Shown here: one piece after another, positions 9,439 through 17,436 of the stretch
How the letters are laid out: each line of letters starts with the position of its first letter
Numbering within the stretch: the stretch's first letter is position 1
From: Candidatus Staskawiczbacteria bacterium RIFOXYB1_FULL_37_44
GTDB lineage: Bacteria > Patescibacteriota > Minisyncoccia > Minisyncoccales > Staskawiczbacteraceae
Reading direction: 5' to 3'
DNA length: 41,333 bases
Assembly: GCA_001822065.1 (NCBI GenBank)
Contig: MHPJ01000010.1
Location: 1 to 41,333 of the forward strand
Program-made: the position numbers and the translations under genes
Notes under the pieces: generated by a model
What the model saw: only the letters and a program-made list of their open reading frames with translations
Told to the model about the DNA's origin: nothing
The model's database searches: none

Positions 9439-10445
9439 GAGTTTTAGACCAAAAACCCGCCAAAGAAGATGAAGCGCTAGATTCTGCTTTAAGACCTAAA
9501 ATTTGGGCTGATTACATTGGCCAAGAAAAAATTAAGGAAAATATAAGAATAATTTTAACTGCCGCAAAGCAAAGAGGTCAAAGTCCGGATCATTTGCTGT
9601 TTTATGGAAATTCAGGATTGGGAAAAACTACGCTGGCTCAACTGGTGGCTATGGAAATGGGTAAAGAAATAAAAATTTCATCAGGTCCGGCGATTGAACG
9701 CGCTGGCGATTTGGCTGCAATTTTGACAAATTTAAACGATGGCGATGTTTTGTTTTTAGATGAAATCCATCGCATCAGCAACACAGTTGAAGAATATTTA
9801 TACCCGGCAATGGAAGACTACAAACTAAATTTAATTTTGGGCAAAGGCCCGATGGCGCGAACAATGGAGTTAAAGCTGCCTAAATTTACTTTAATTGGAG
9901 CAACAACAAGGCCGGCGCTATTGTCTGCTCCGCTAAGAAACCGCTTTGGCGCCATTTTTCAGCTTGATTTTTATAAACCAGAAGATATTGAAAAAATAAT
10001 TGAAAGATCTGCTAGAATTTTGAATATACAAATAGAACCAGATGCCGTAAAAGCTGTTGCCGAACGTTCGCGCTTTACTCCTCGCGTTGCCAACCGGCTT
10101 TTAAAAAGGGCCAGAGATTTTGCCGAAGTCCAGTCGGACGGAAAAATTACAAAAGAAATATCAGCGAAGGCGCTGGAATCTTTAGATATAGATAAAATGG
10201 GTTTAGAACTCGGAGACAGAAAAATTTTGCTGGCGCTTATTGAAAAATTTGACGGAGGTCCGGTTGGGCTTCAAACCTTGTCGGCTGCTGCTATGGAAGA
10301 AGAAGACACAATTTTAGATATTTACGAACCGTATTTAATGCAAATGGGATTTATTGAGCGAACGCCCCGTGGCAGAATTGCCTCAAAAATGGCTTATGAA
10401 CACCTCGGCATAAAAATAAAAAACTCTCAAAGCCAATTAATTTAA
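9432..10445 (+). CDS. ruvB: Holliday junction branch migration helicase RuvB
   Basis: LRPK...YIGQ, GLGKTTLA, FLDEIHR, LYPAMED, FTLIGATT and IERTPRGR. Confidence 0.98.
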   Translation: MSRVLDQKPAKEDEALDSALRPKIWADYIGQEKIKENIRIILTAAKQRGQSPDHLLFYGNSGLGKTTLAQLVAMEMGKEIKISSGPAIERAGDLAAILTNLNDGDVLFLDEIHRISNTVEEYLYPAMEDYKLNLILGKGPMARTMELKLPKFTLIGATTRPALLSAPLRNRFGAIFQLDFYKPEDIEKIIERSARILNIQIEPDAVKAVAERSRFTPRVANRLLKRARDFAEVQSDGKITKEISAKALESLDIDKMGLELGDRKILLALIEKFDGGPVGLQTLSAAAMEEEDTILDIYEPYLMQMGFIERTPRGRIASKMAYEHLGIKIKNSQSQLI

Positions 10446-10456
10446 ATCTGGCTGTT

Positions 10457-10549
10457 GTCATTGCGAGGAGGCTCGCAAGCCGACGTGGCAATCTATAACT
10501 CTGGATTGCCACGCTCGTCGCCCAAAGGGCGAACTTCGCTTGCAATGAC
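10457..10549. repeat. REPIN/RPE-like bipartite palindrome, family B (GTCATTGCGAG...GCAATC / GATTGC...GCAATGAC)
   Basis: Terminal inverted repeats; full copies at 15401 and 28878, half copies at 7278 and 23529. Confidence 0.85.
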
Positions 10550-10554
10550 AATGC

Positions 10555-10599
10555 AAAAAAAACGCGCCCCTCATTTCGCTTTCGCGAAATTCGGGGCAC
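10555..10599 (-). terminator. Intrinsic terminator of the 10645-12195 gene
   Basis: GTGCCCC-GA-ATTTCGC-GAAA-GCGAAAT-GA-GGGGCGC followed by U8. Confidence 0.8.
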
Positions 10600-10644
10600 T
10601 TATTGTTTTACTCGCGAGAACTTTGTCCTCGCCTACTTGAACTT

Positions 10645-12195
10645 TCAGCCCATCCCGCCGCCATCGCCGGAGTAAATGCTCCAGCGGGTCTGATCAGCGT
10701 ACTGCTCGAAGATCTTGTCGGTCGCCAGAGCCGAGCCGTCGGGACGCTTGGCGCTGATGCCAGCATCTCCCGAAAGCTGCGCTCGCAAATATCCATACTG
10801 GATATCGTCGCGCGCATCGGCGCGAATCTCAAAGCTGTAAGTATTTCCTACGGGGCTGGTGAGCAAAAGGCCGTCAAAGACAACCTGCTCGTTCACCAAC
10901 TCGCCCGCCACCGAGCCGTCGAAAATGCCGTCGCTGTTGGTGTCCCAGTGCATCACATAATTAGTGAAACTGGACAGATCACCTTGGGTAGCCGTGATAG
11001 CCACATGGGTGATGTACATCAAGCTGGTACTGGAAGCCGTGAAGGCCTCCAAAACCAAATCCGGCGTTCCCGGCTCCACAGTCTGCCAGTTTGGCGAAGC
11101 GGTCGGGATCTCTTTGACCACCAGCTCGTGATCAGCGGACTTAAACGAGAACAGAGTGGCGACGTTGGTGTAAAGCCGAATTTGCGCTCCTGTGGCTGGC
11201 GCCGTGCCATTGACCATAGTGCCCTGCAAGGGCTTACCGGTTTCCGTGTTCACTGCGTTCAGCCCCGACGTATCGAAGGCCAATTGCAGATGGTCAGAAA
11301 CTGGCACGGCAACGATGTCGCCACGCACCTCGTATCGGCCGTCAGGCATGTCTGCATCGGCAAGATTAAAACTGAGCTTGCCGTTGGACACGGTTCCGGC
11401 GCTACAAACACTCACGTCGAAAACATCGTCCCAGTTGGTATCTGCCCACAAAGAGTAAGCCGCATCATCGAGATCACCCTGTTGAGCCGTAAAGCTCATG
11501 GTCTTGGGCTGAACCAATTCGGACTGCCAAGAATAAAACTTCAGCAGGCTGACGCCTTGCTGGTCAATTTCCACAGACCCGTACTTGTCGCCAGATTCTT
11601 GGCTGACGCTCCAGGACTGCGTGTCCATGGGTTGTAAAATGGGATCCACGCCGCCGTACCTGACGTTTTCAAACGGCAGATCCACACCCCGCAAATTGAC
11701 GCCCGAGACCAACGCGATGTCCAACCCAATGTCCTCGCCGGACAAATAAGAGTTAAACTTCGCATAAACCTCGATATGGAGCCCCTTTTTGGACAGCCAC
11801 ACCGGCCTGTAGACGTCTGTGCTAATGACGTCGTAATAGTCCGGCCTCGCGGATGCGAGATTGGCCTCACAGCCATCCTTGGACTTGCCGTTCAAATCGG
11901 CCATCACCACCACTTCGGTGATGTTGTACCGCAGTTCGGCGCTTCCAAAAGCTGGCAAGAAGTCAAACCCCGTGAGCCGAGCGCGATTGCGACCGGTCTT
12001 CAGAGTCATGTCCAACAGCTCCACTTTGGAAGCGCCGGGCAGAACGCCCGAAGCCAACAATGGGATCTTGTTGTTGATCACATCGATGAACGGCATGGGC
12101 GCAGGTCTTAATGTCCCGCTCCCGCCGCCGGCCAGCATTTGCCGAGGCTCCAACGACTCAACGCGCAACTTCCGGCTCGTCAAATTCCTACGCAT
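10645..12195 (-). CDS. GC-rich putative surface/S-layer-like protein with Planctomycete-type LEPRxLL N-terminal motif and three beta-rich repeats
   Basis: SD AAGGAG before ATG 12195; MRRNLTSRKLRVESLEPRQMLAG; repeats containing MADLNG, LWADTNWD and HWDTNSD. Confidence 0.75.
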   Translation of the reverse strand: MRRNLTSRKLRVESLEPRQMLAGGGSGTLRPAPMPFIDVINNKIPLLASGVLPGASKVELLDMTLKTGRNRARLTGFDFLPAFGSAELRYNITEVVVMADLNGKSKDGCEANLASARPDYYDVISTDVYRPVWLSKKGLHIEVYAKFNSYLSGEDIGLDIALVSGVNLRGVDLPFENVRYGGVDPILQPMDTQSWSVSQESGDKYGSVEIDQQGVSLLKFYSWQSELVQPKTMSFTAQQGDLDDAAYSLWADTNWDDVFDVSVCSAGTVSNGKLSFNLADADMPDGRYEVRGDIVAVPVSDHLQLAFDTSGLNAVNTETGKPLQGTMVNGTAPATGAQIRLYTNVATLFSFKSADHELVVKEIPTASPNWQTVEPGTPDLVLEAFTASSTSLMYITHVAITATQGDLSSFTNYVMHWDTNSDGIFDGSVAGELVNEQVVFDGLLLTSPVGNTYSFEIRADARDDIQYGYLRAQLSGDAGISAKRPDGSALATDKIFEQYADQTRWSIYSGDGGGMG

Positions 12196-12258
12196 CACAG
12201 CTCTCCTTAAATCAATGAACACTTTAACAAAAAAGAGGAACCATTCCTCTCTTTATTT

Positions 12259-12287
12259 ATCTTAGCATATTATTAAAACCTTGTCAA
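12259..12287 (-). promoter_or_regulatory. sigma70 promoter
   Basis: TTGACA-17nt-(TGc)TAAGAT followed by AAATAAAG and a leader hairpin. Confidence 0.8.
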
Positions 12288-12380
12288 CTCATTCGGCCTA
12301 CATAAAAAATCGCCTAAAAAGGTGATAAAAGTTTTAACTACAATTAGGGGTATACAAAATTTACGACTATTTTTAGTATG

Positions 12381-12451
12381 AGCGGGTGATGGGAATCGGA
12401 CCCACGTACTTTGATTGGCAACCAAATGCACTACCATTGTGCTACACCCGC
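12381..12451 (-). tRNA. tRNA-Gly(GCC)
   Basis: Cloverleaf GCGGGTG...CACCCGC-U; anticodon arm TTTGG-TTGCCAA-TCAAA. Confidence 0.93.
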
Positions 12452-12459
12452 AGTTCATG

Positions 12460-12531
12460 TGCCGGGGAAAGGAATCGGACCTTCGACCACTGCTTTTTCA
12501 GAGCAGTGCTCTACCACTGAGCTACCCCGGC
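12460..12531 (-). tRNA. tRNA-Phe(GAA)
   Basis: GCCGGGG...CCCCGGC-A; anticodon arm CTGCT-CTGAAAA-AGCAG. Confidence 0.95.
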
Positions 12532-13196
12532 ATATTAATTATGTTTTTATATATACCCTCTGTCCATCCTTTAATCTTCAAAAACAATTTAGTATTGCAT
12601 ACATAAATATCAAAAGTTCCGAAGGGTAAAGAATTTTTTTTGTTTTGGCTACTTATATTATGCTTTGAATATGTTTTATAAAATTGGCTTAACGGAATTT
12701 TAGAAACTGAGGACCAATAATTTTCAGCTTTTTTTATGTTAAGATGTGGGTGAATATGGATATGCCCTCTAAACTTTTTTTCTGGAACATAGCAGATTTT
12801 TCTCAAAAATTCCATCATAATTTCAATTATTTTGGGGTCGCCGTTTGCTATTCTAACTAATCCACGTTGTGTCTTGCCTCCCTCCGCCCAATATAAAGCA
12901 ATTCCTAAAATTTTTAAATCTTGTAAAGATAAATTATTTATCTCTTCTCTTGCTTTATCAATTATTATCTGTCTCCGATTATTTTCATTCTTAAATCTAG
13001 TCGCCCTTCTTTTTTCTATTATTTCCTTTTTAACGCCCTTGTTAGATAATTCTTGTTTTTGATCTTTTGTAAGCTCTATATTTTTTACCCATAAACTGAT
13101 ACTACTTTTGGAAACTCCCAATTCTTTTTTAATTTCGTTCATTGACCAGCCTTGTTTTCTTAAACTGATAGCCAAATTTTTTTCTTTTAGTTTCAT
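12522..13196 (-). CDS. HTH + LAGLIDADG-like protein inside a tRNA cluster
   Basis: N-terminal HTH (GWSMNEIKKELGVSKSSISLW), LGIALYWAEGGK helix and NGDPKIIE; stop codon inside tRNA-Phe. Confidence 0.7.
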   Translation of the reverse strand: MKLKEKNLAISLRKQGWSMNEIKKELGVSKSSISLWVKNIELTKDQKQELSNKGVKKEIIEKRRATRFKNENNRRQIIIDKAREEINNLSLQDLKILGIALYWAEGGKTQRGLVRIANGDPKIIEIMMEFLRKICYVPEKKFRGHIHIHPHLNIKKAENYWSSVSKIPLSQFYKTYSKHNISSQNKKNSLPFGTFDIYVCNTKLFLKIKGWTEGIYKNIINMPG

Positions 13197-13257
13197 AATT
13201 AAACCCGTTAGTTGTTTGTTATATCTATTATAGCATAACGGTCTAATTATGGAAATG

Positions 13258-13329
13258 TGAACGGCATAGGATTCGAACCTATAACCTCCGCGATGTAAAC
13301 GCGATGCTCTGCCGTTGAGCTAGCCGTCC
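13258..13329 (-). tRNA. tRNA-Val(TAC)
   Basis: GGACGGC...GCCGTTC-A; anticodon loop TTTACAT; GGTTCGAATCC T-arm. Confidence 0.95.
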
Positions 13330-13337
13330 TTGTCTTG

Positions 13338-13356
13338 CACTGAGCTTGTCGAAGTG
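13338..13356. repeat. Short REP-like element (CACTGAGCTTGTCGAAGTG)
   Basis: Relatives at 7921-7939 (inverted) and 37921-37940. Confidence 0.7.
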
Positions 13357-13437
13357 TGCGCGAGAGAGGAGTCGAACCTCCACGCCTTTCGGCACCAGCT
13401 CCTTAGGCTGGCGTGTATGCCATTTCACCACTCGCGC
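13357..13437 (-). tRNA. tRNA-Leu(AAG)
   Basis: GCGCGAG...CTCGCGC-A, long variable arm, anticodon arm CCAGC-CTAAGGA-GCTGG. Confidence 0.9.
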
Positions 13438-13440
13438 AAT

Positions 13441-13905
13441 TTATTTTTTCTCCCGCCCCTCTGAGGCGGCTGGCGCGCCTGCTGTTGATTCCTCAACTGG
13501 CTCCCGCCCTTCTGGGACGAGGCTCGCCTCTTCAGAGGCGGCGGGCGCAATTGCAACTGCAAAATCTCTTTTCTTTAATTTTGCTTTTTTCCCTTTGGCT
13601 GTTCTTAAATAATAAAGTTTTGATCTTCTGGCCTTTGCGCTTCTTATAATTTCAAATTTTTCCACAGACGGCGAATGGATTGGGAAAACCCTTTCAACTC
13701 CTACGCTGTCAACAACTTTACGCACAGTTATTGTGGCTGAAATTCCTTTGCCGTGCTTTTTGGCAATAATTATGCCTTCAAAAATCTGAATTCTTTCTTT
13801 GTCGCCTTCTTTTATTTTTTGGTGTACTTTAATTGTATCTCCCGGCCTTAAGTCTGGTATTTTTCTTTCTTGCTCTTTATTAAATTTTTCAAGTAATGTT
13901 GTCAT
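13441..13905 (-). CDS. rplS: 50S ribosomal protein L19 with repeat-derived C-terminal tail
   Basis: [29 protein letters not shown] and RRSKLYYLR. Confidence 0.97.
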   Translation of the reverse strand: MTTLLEKFNKEQERKIPDLRPGDTIKVHQKIKEGDKERIQIFEGIIIAKKHGKGISATITVRKVVDSVGVERVFPIHSPSVEKFEIIRSAKARRSKLYYLRTAKGKKAKLKKRDFAVAIAPAASEEASLVPEGREPVEESTAGAPAASEGREKK

Positions 13906-13963
13906 CTAAATGAATTTTAAATTTTAAGTTTTAAATTTTAAATATTTTGGTTTGAATTAAAAT

Positions 13964-14716
13964 TTATAATTTATTATTTAAAATTTTAAGTGCTTGTTTT
14001 AATTCTTCCGGCAGTTCTGACAAAAATTCTTTTGTCTCTCCGCCTAATAATTGGATTTTTAAGTATTTTGCGTGCAGGAATTGTCTTGTCAGGCCTTCTG
14101 GTATTTTTGAATTTTTAAAGCCATACATTTTATCTCCTGCAATTGGATGTTTTAAATAAGCTAAATGGCACCGTATTTGGTGCCTGCGGCCTGTTTTTAT
14201 TTTGACTTCAAGTAATGTAAATTCACTTGAGGTCATCCCGCGAAGCCTTGGCGAAGTGGGACTTTTATATCTGTCGATGACTCTATATTCGGTAATTGCT
14301 TCCCTGGCAGATTTGGCCTGCCTGCCGGCAGGCAGGGAGCGTAACGCCACTTGTTTTCTAAAATCTTTTTTAGATCGGGCAATTAAAGTTTTAATTTCTC
14401 CAGAGTCATTTTCCATAACTCCCTCTGCCAAACAAACATATTTCTTTTCTACCTCTCTACTTATAAACTGTTTTTGCAGAAAAATCAAGCTTTCATTTGT
14501 TTTTGCCACCAGTAAAACTCCCGAAGTGTCTTTGTCTAACCTGTGAACAATTCCATATCTCGGGGGAGACCCGATGTCCCCCAAATTCGGCTTTTGCTCT
14601 ATTAAGGCGTCGATTAGCGTATTTTCTGTTGTTTTTCCTTCGGGAAACACAACCATTCCCGCTGGCTTGTCCACCGCCAGCACATCATTATCTTCGTAAA
14701 TTATTTTTATTTCCAT
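13964..14716 (-). CDS. RluA/RluD family pseudouridine synthase (no S4 domain)
   Basis: VDKPAGMVV, HRLDKDTSG, TGRRHQIRCH, HPIAGD and RQFLHA. Confidence 0.93.
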   Translation of the reverse strand: MEIKIIYEDNDVLAVDKPAGMVVFPEGKTTENTLIDALIEQKPNLGDIGSPPRYGIVHRLDKDTSGVLLVAKTNESLIFLQKQFISREVEKKYVCLAEGVMENDSGEIKTLIARSKKDFRKQVALRSLPAGRQAKSAREAITEYRVIDRYKSPTSPRLRGMTSSEFTLLEVKIKTGRRHQIRCHLAYLKHPIAGDKMYGFKNSKIPEGLTRQFLHAKYLKIQLLGGETKEFLSELPEELKQALKILNNKL

Positions 14717-14721
14717 TTGTT

Positions 14722-14934
14722 TTAGGCTTCTTCCCACTCGTTAATTGAAATACCGGCTTGTTTTAAAATTTCAGAAACAAGATGCCTTGAAATATCTCCG
14801 CGATGAGGATTTGGAATATGAACTTTTAATTCTCCCTTCACCATAAATAAATGACGACCACCCGAAAAGGGGCCATCAAATCCAAGCCTTTGGAATTTTT
14901 GCACAAATTTACGCCAGGAAATATTTTTAGGCAT
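14722..14934 (-). CDS. hicA: HicA family toxin
   Basis: 70 aa; LGF...GGRHLFM..VHIPNPH...EILKQAGI; overlaps the upstream antitoxin. Confidence 0.85.
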   Translation of the reverse strand: MPKNISWRKFVQKFQRLGFDGPFSGGRHLFMVKGELKVHIPNPHRGDISRHLVSEILKQAGISINEWEEA

Positions 14935-15160
14935 GGCGGTTGCCAATTTTCATTAAAAAGCCGGGTATTTTTTCTTTTGCCTGAATTTTTAAAATAAACC
15001 AATCTTCTAAAACTTCTTTCAACTCTTGTCTGCAGTCTTCCAAGTTTTTTGCATTAGACCAAACCCCGCGAAGTCCTGCTATTTCACCAAAATAACTTCC
15101 ATTCTCCAAAATTTTATATCGCGCTGTTTTTAATTTTTTCTTTATAAATTCTCCAAACAT
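14927..15160 (-). CDS. hicB: HicB family antitoxin (short, no C-terminal DNA-binding domain)
   Basis: YFGEIAGLRGVWSNAKNLEDCRQELKEVLEDW...IP. Confidence 0.85.
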   Translation of the reverse strand: MFGEFIKKKLKTARYKILENGSYFGEIAGLRGVWSNAKNLEDCRQELKEVLEDWFILKIQAKEKIPGFLMKIGNRHA

Positions 15161-15221
15161 ATTTTTAGTATTTATGACTTTAAATTATCACATTTTTATC
15201 ATAAAAACAACATTAAGCTTG

Positions 15222-15295
15222 TGGGCGGTATAGGACTCGAACCTATAACATCGAAAACGTCAATTTCGCGCTCTACCAAATTGAGCTAACCGCCC
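15222..15295 (-). tRNA. tRNA-Val(GAC)
   Basis: GGGCGGT...ACCGCCC-A; anticodon arm CGAAA-TTGACGT-TTTCG. Confidence 0.93.
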
Positions 15296-15321
15296 TCATT
15301 ATTTTAAAATTTTTAATTTTG

Positions 15322-15393
15322 TGGTCCTGGCAGGGATCGAACCTGCGACGGCCGTCTTATAAGGGCGGTGCTCTGCCACTGAGCTACAGGACC
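15322..15393 (-). tRNA. tRNA-Ile(TAT)
   Basis: GGTCCTG...CAGGACC-A; anticodon arm CCGCC-CTTATAA-GACGG (one C-A mismatch). Confidence 0.88.
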
Positions 15394-15400
15394 GAGTCTA

Positions 15401-15490
15401 GTCATTGCGAGGAACGAAGTGACGAAGCAATCCAGAGTGAAATTCACATACTATAGATTGCCGCGTCGCCTGCGGGCTCCTCGCAATGAC
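15401..15490. repeat. Family B bipartite palindrome
   Basis: GTCATTGCGAGGA...AAGCAATCCAGAG...ATAGATTGC...CTCCTCGCAATGAC. Confidence 0.85.
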
Positions 15491-15500
15491 GATTTGCAAA

Positions 15501-17327
15501 TTATTTTGACTTAATTAGTTTTTCAAATTCTTCGCGCTCTATAATTTCTTTTTCTATCAAATCTTTGGCAACTTTGTCCAGCAATGCGCGGCGCTTTAAC
15601 AAAATTTGTTCTGCATTTTTTTGGGCTCCCTTTATTATTACATCAACTTCTTCGTCAATTCTTTCGGCAATTTTTTCAGAATAATTTCTTTGTTCGGAAA
15701 TTTCTTTTCCCAAAAACACCAGTTCTTCTTTTTCGCCAAAAGCAATCAAGCCCAATGAAGACATACCAAATTCTTTTACCATCCTTCTTGCCAAGTCCGA
15801 AGCTCTTTGTAAGTCATTTGAAGCGCCGGTTGTCATTTCGCCAAATTTTATTTTTTCAGCCGAGCATCCGCCAAGCAAAGTGGCAATTTCAGAAATAAAT
15901 CCGGTTTTTGTTTTCATTTTTCTTTCTTCGCTTGGCACTTGCAAAGTGTAGCCGGCGGCCATTCCTCTGGCAATTATGGAAATTTTTCTAACAGGTTCTG
16001 TTTCAGGCGAAAATGTGGAAACTAAAGCATGTCCTGCTTCATGGAAGGCTGCAATTTCTTTTTCTTTTTTAGATAAAATGTGCGACTTTCTTTCTGGGCC
16101 CAGCAAAACTTTTTCAATTGCTTCCAAAAAATCTTTTTGGTGAATTTCTGTTTTATTTTGTCTGGCAGCCAGTAAAGCTCCTTCATTTGCCACATTTGCC
16201 AAATCTGCTCCGGAAAAACCCGGAGTTCTTTCGGCAACTTCTTTAAAATTGACGCCTTTTGCCAAAGGTTTTGTTTTTGAATGGATTTCTAAAATTTCTT
16301 CTCGGTCGTGGACATCCGGCGGATCTAAAACAATTTTTCTGTCAAATCTTCCCGGCCTTAATAAAGCCGGGTCTAAAATGTCCGGCCTGTTTGTGGCAGC
16401 TAAAATAATCACGCCGGTTTCTTTTTCAAAGCCGTCCATTTCAACCAAAATTTGGTTTAAAGTTTGTTCTCTTTCATCGTGTCCGCCTCCAATGCCGGCT
16501 CCTCTGTGGCGTCCAATAGCGTCAAGTTCGTCAATAAAAACAATTGACGGCGAAGATTTTTTTGCCATTGAAAATAAATCGCGAACGCGAGCTGAACCCA
16601 CTCCTACAAACATTTCCACAAATTCAGATCCTGAAATTGATAAAAACGGCACATTGGCTTCACCTGCCACTGCTCTTGCCAACAAAGTTTTTCCAACTCC
16701 GGCTCCTCCAACCAGCAAAACGCCGCGTGGAATTTTTGCTCCCATTGCCAAATATTTTTTTGGAAATTTTAAAAAGTCTACAATTTCAACCAATTCTTCT
16801 TTGGCCTCTTTCAGGCCGGCTACGTCTTTGAAAGTAATTTTTTCTTTGCCATGTCCCTCGGCTCCAAAAATTCTGGCTTTGGCTTTTGTAAAATCAAATG
16901 CCTGCATTGCTCCTGTTTTTGCCTGTCGGAACATAAACCAAAATATCAATCCAAAAAATACCAAAGGCAAAATCCCAAAAACCAGAAGCGGAGTTGCCCA
17001 AGACCAAAAATCCTGTTTGACAGGCTGTACGTCCACTTGCACTTTTTGCAAAGCATCTTTATTTACTCCCAAATTTGCCAGCAAATCAGTTACGCTGGTG
17101 TTTTCTTCTTTCATTGAGGTTACGGTTTTATTGTCATTATATGTAATTTCAAGAGTTGTTCCTGCAACAGTAACCTTTTTTACTTTGTTCGCGTTTATGT
17201 CGCTAACCAATTGCGTGGCAGAAATTTCATTTGGAGTTACCGCCGGAAAATAAAGCGCGCTGAAAATTCCTGTAATTACAATTAGGATTAAAACTACTAA
17301 TATAAAATTTTTTATAAGTGGATTCAT
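15501..17327 (-). CDS. ftsH: ATP-dependent zinc metalloprotease FtsH
   Basis: Two TMs, Walker A GVGKTLLA, FIDELDA, ALLRPGRFDR and HEAGH. Confidence 0.98.
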   Translation of the reverse strand: MNPLIKNFILVVLILIVITGIFSALYFPAVTPNEISATQLVSDINANKVKKVTVAGTTLEITYNDNKTVTSMKEENTSVTDLLANLGVNKDALQKVQVDVQPVKQDFWSWATPLLVFGILPLVFFGLIFWFMFRQAKTGAMQAFDFTKAKARIFGAEGHGKEKITFKDVAGLKEAKEELVEIVDFLKFPKKYLAMGAKIPRGVLLVGGAGVGKTLLARAVAGEANVPFLSISGSEFVEMFVGVGSARVRDLFSMAKKSSPSIVFIDELDAIGRHRGAGIGGGHDEREQTLNQILVEMDGFEKETGVIILAATNRPDILDPALLRPGRFDRKIVLDPPDVHDREEILEIHSKTKPLAKGVNFKEVAERTPGFSGADLANVANEGALLAARQNKTEIHQKDFLEAIEKVLLGPERKSHILSKKEKEIAAFHEAGHALVSTFSPETEPVRKISIIARGMAAGYTLQVPSEERKMKTKTGFISEIATLLGGCSAEKIKFGEMTTGASNDLQRASDLARRMVKEFGMSSLGLIAFGEKEELVFLGKEISEQRNYSEKIAERIDEEVDVIIKGAQKNAEQILLKRRALLDKVAKDLIEKEIIEREEFEKLIKSK

Positions 17328-17379
17328 GTGTATATATTTAATATGCTAAATTTAACATAAAATTAAAAATTATTCAATG

Positions 17380-17414
17380 AAAAAGCCGAAGGGTTGTTTT
17401 GCAACACCTCCGGC
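17380..17414 (-). terminator. Intrinsic terminator of the 17437-18735 gene
   Basis: GCCGGAGG-T-GTTG-CAAAA-CAAC-CCTTCGGC followed by U5. Confidence 0.75.
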
Positions 17415-17436
17415 AGACTATGACTTTGCGGCAATA

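Noticed and set aside
10603-11637. 344-aa plus-strand ORF and other overlapping ORFs up to 12265
   Set aside because: Antisense shadows of the GC-rich minus-strand gene, which has the promoter, SD, terminator and motif
16249-17253. 334-aa plus-strand ORF
   Set aside because: Antisense to conserved ftsH; no recognisable features
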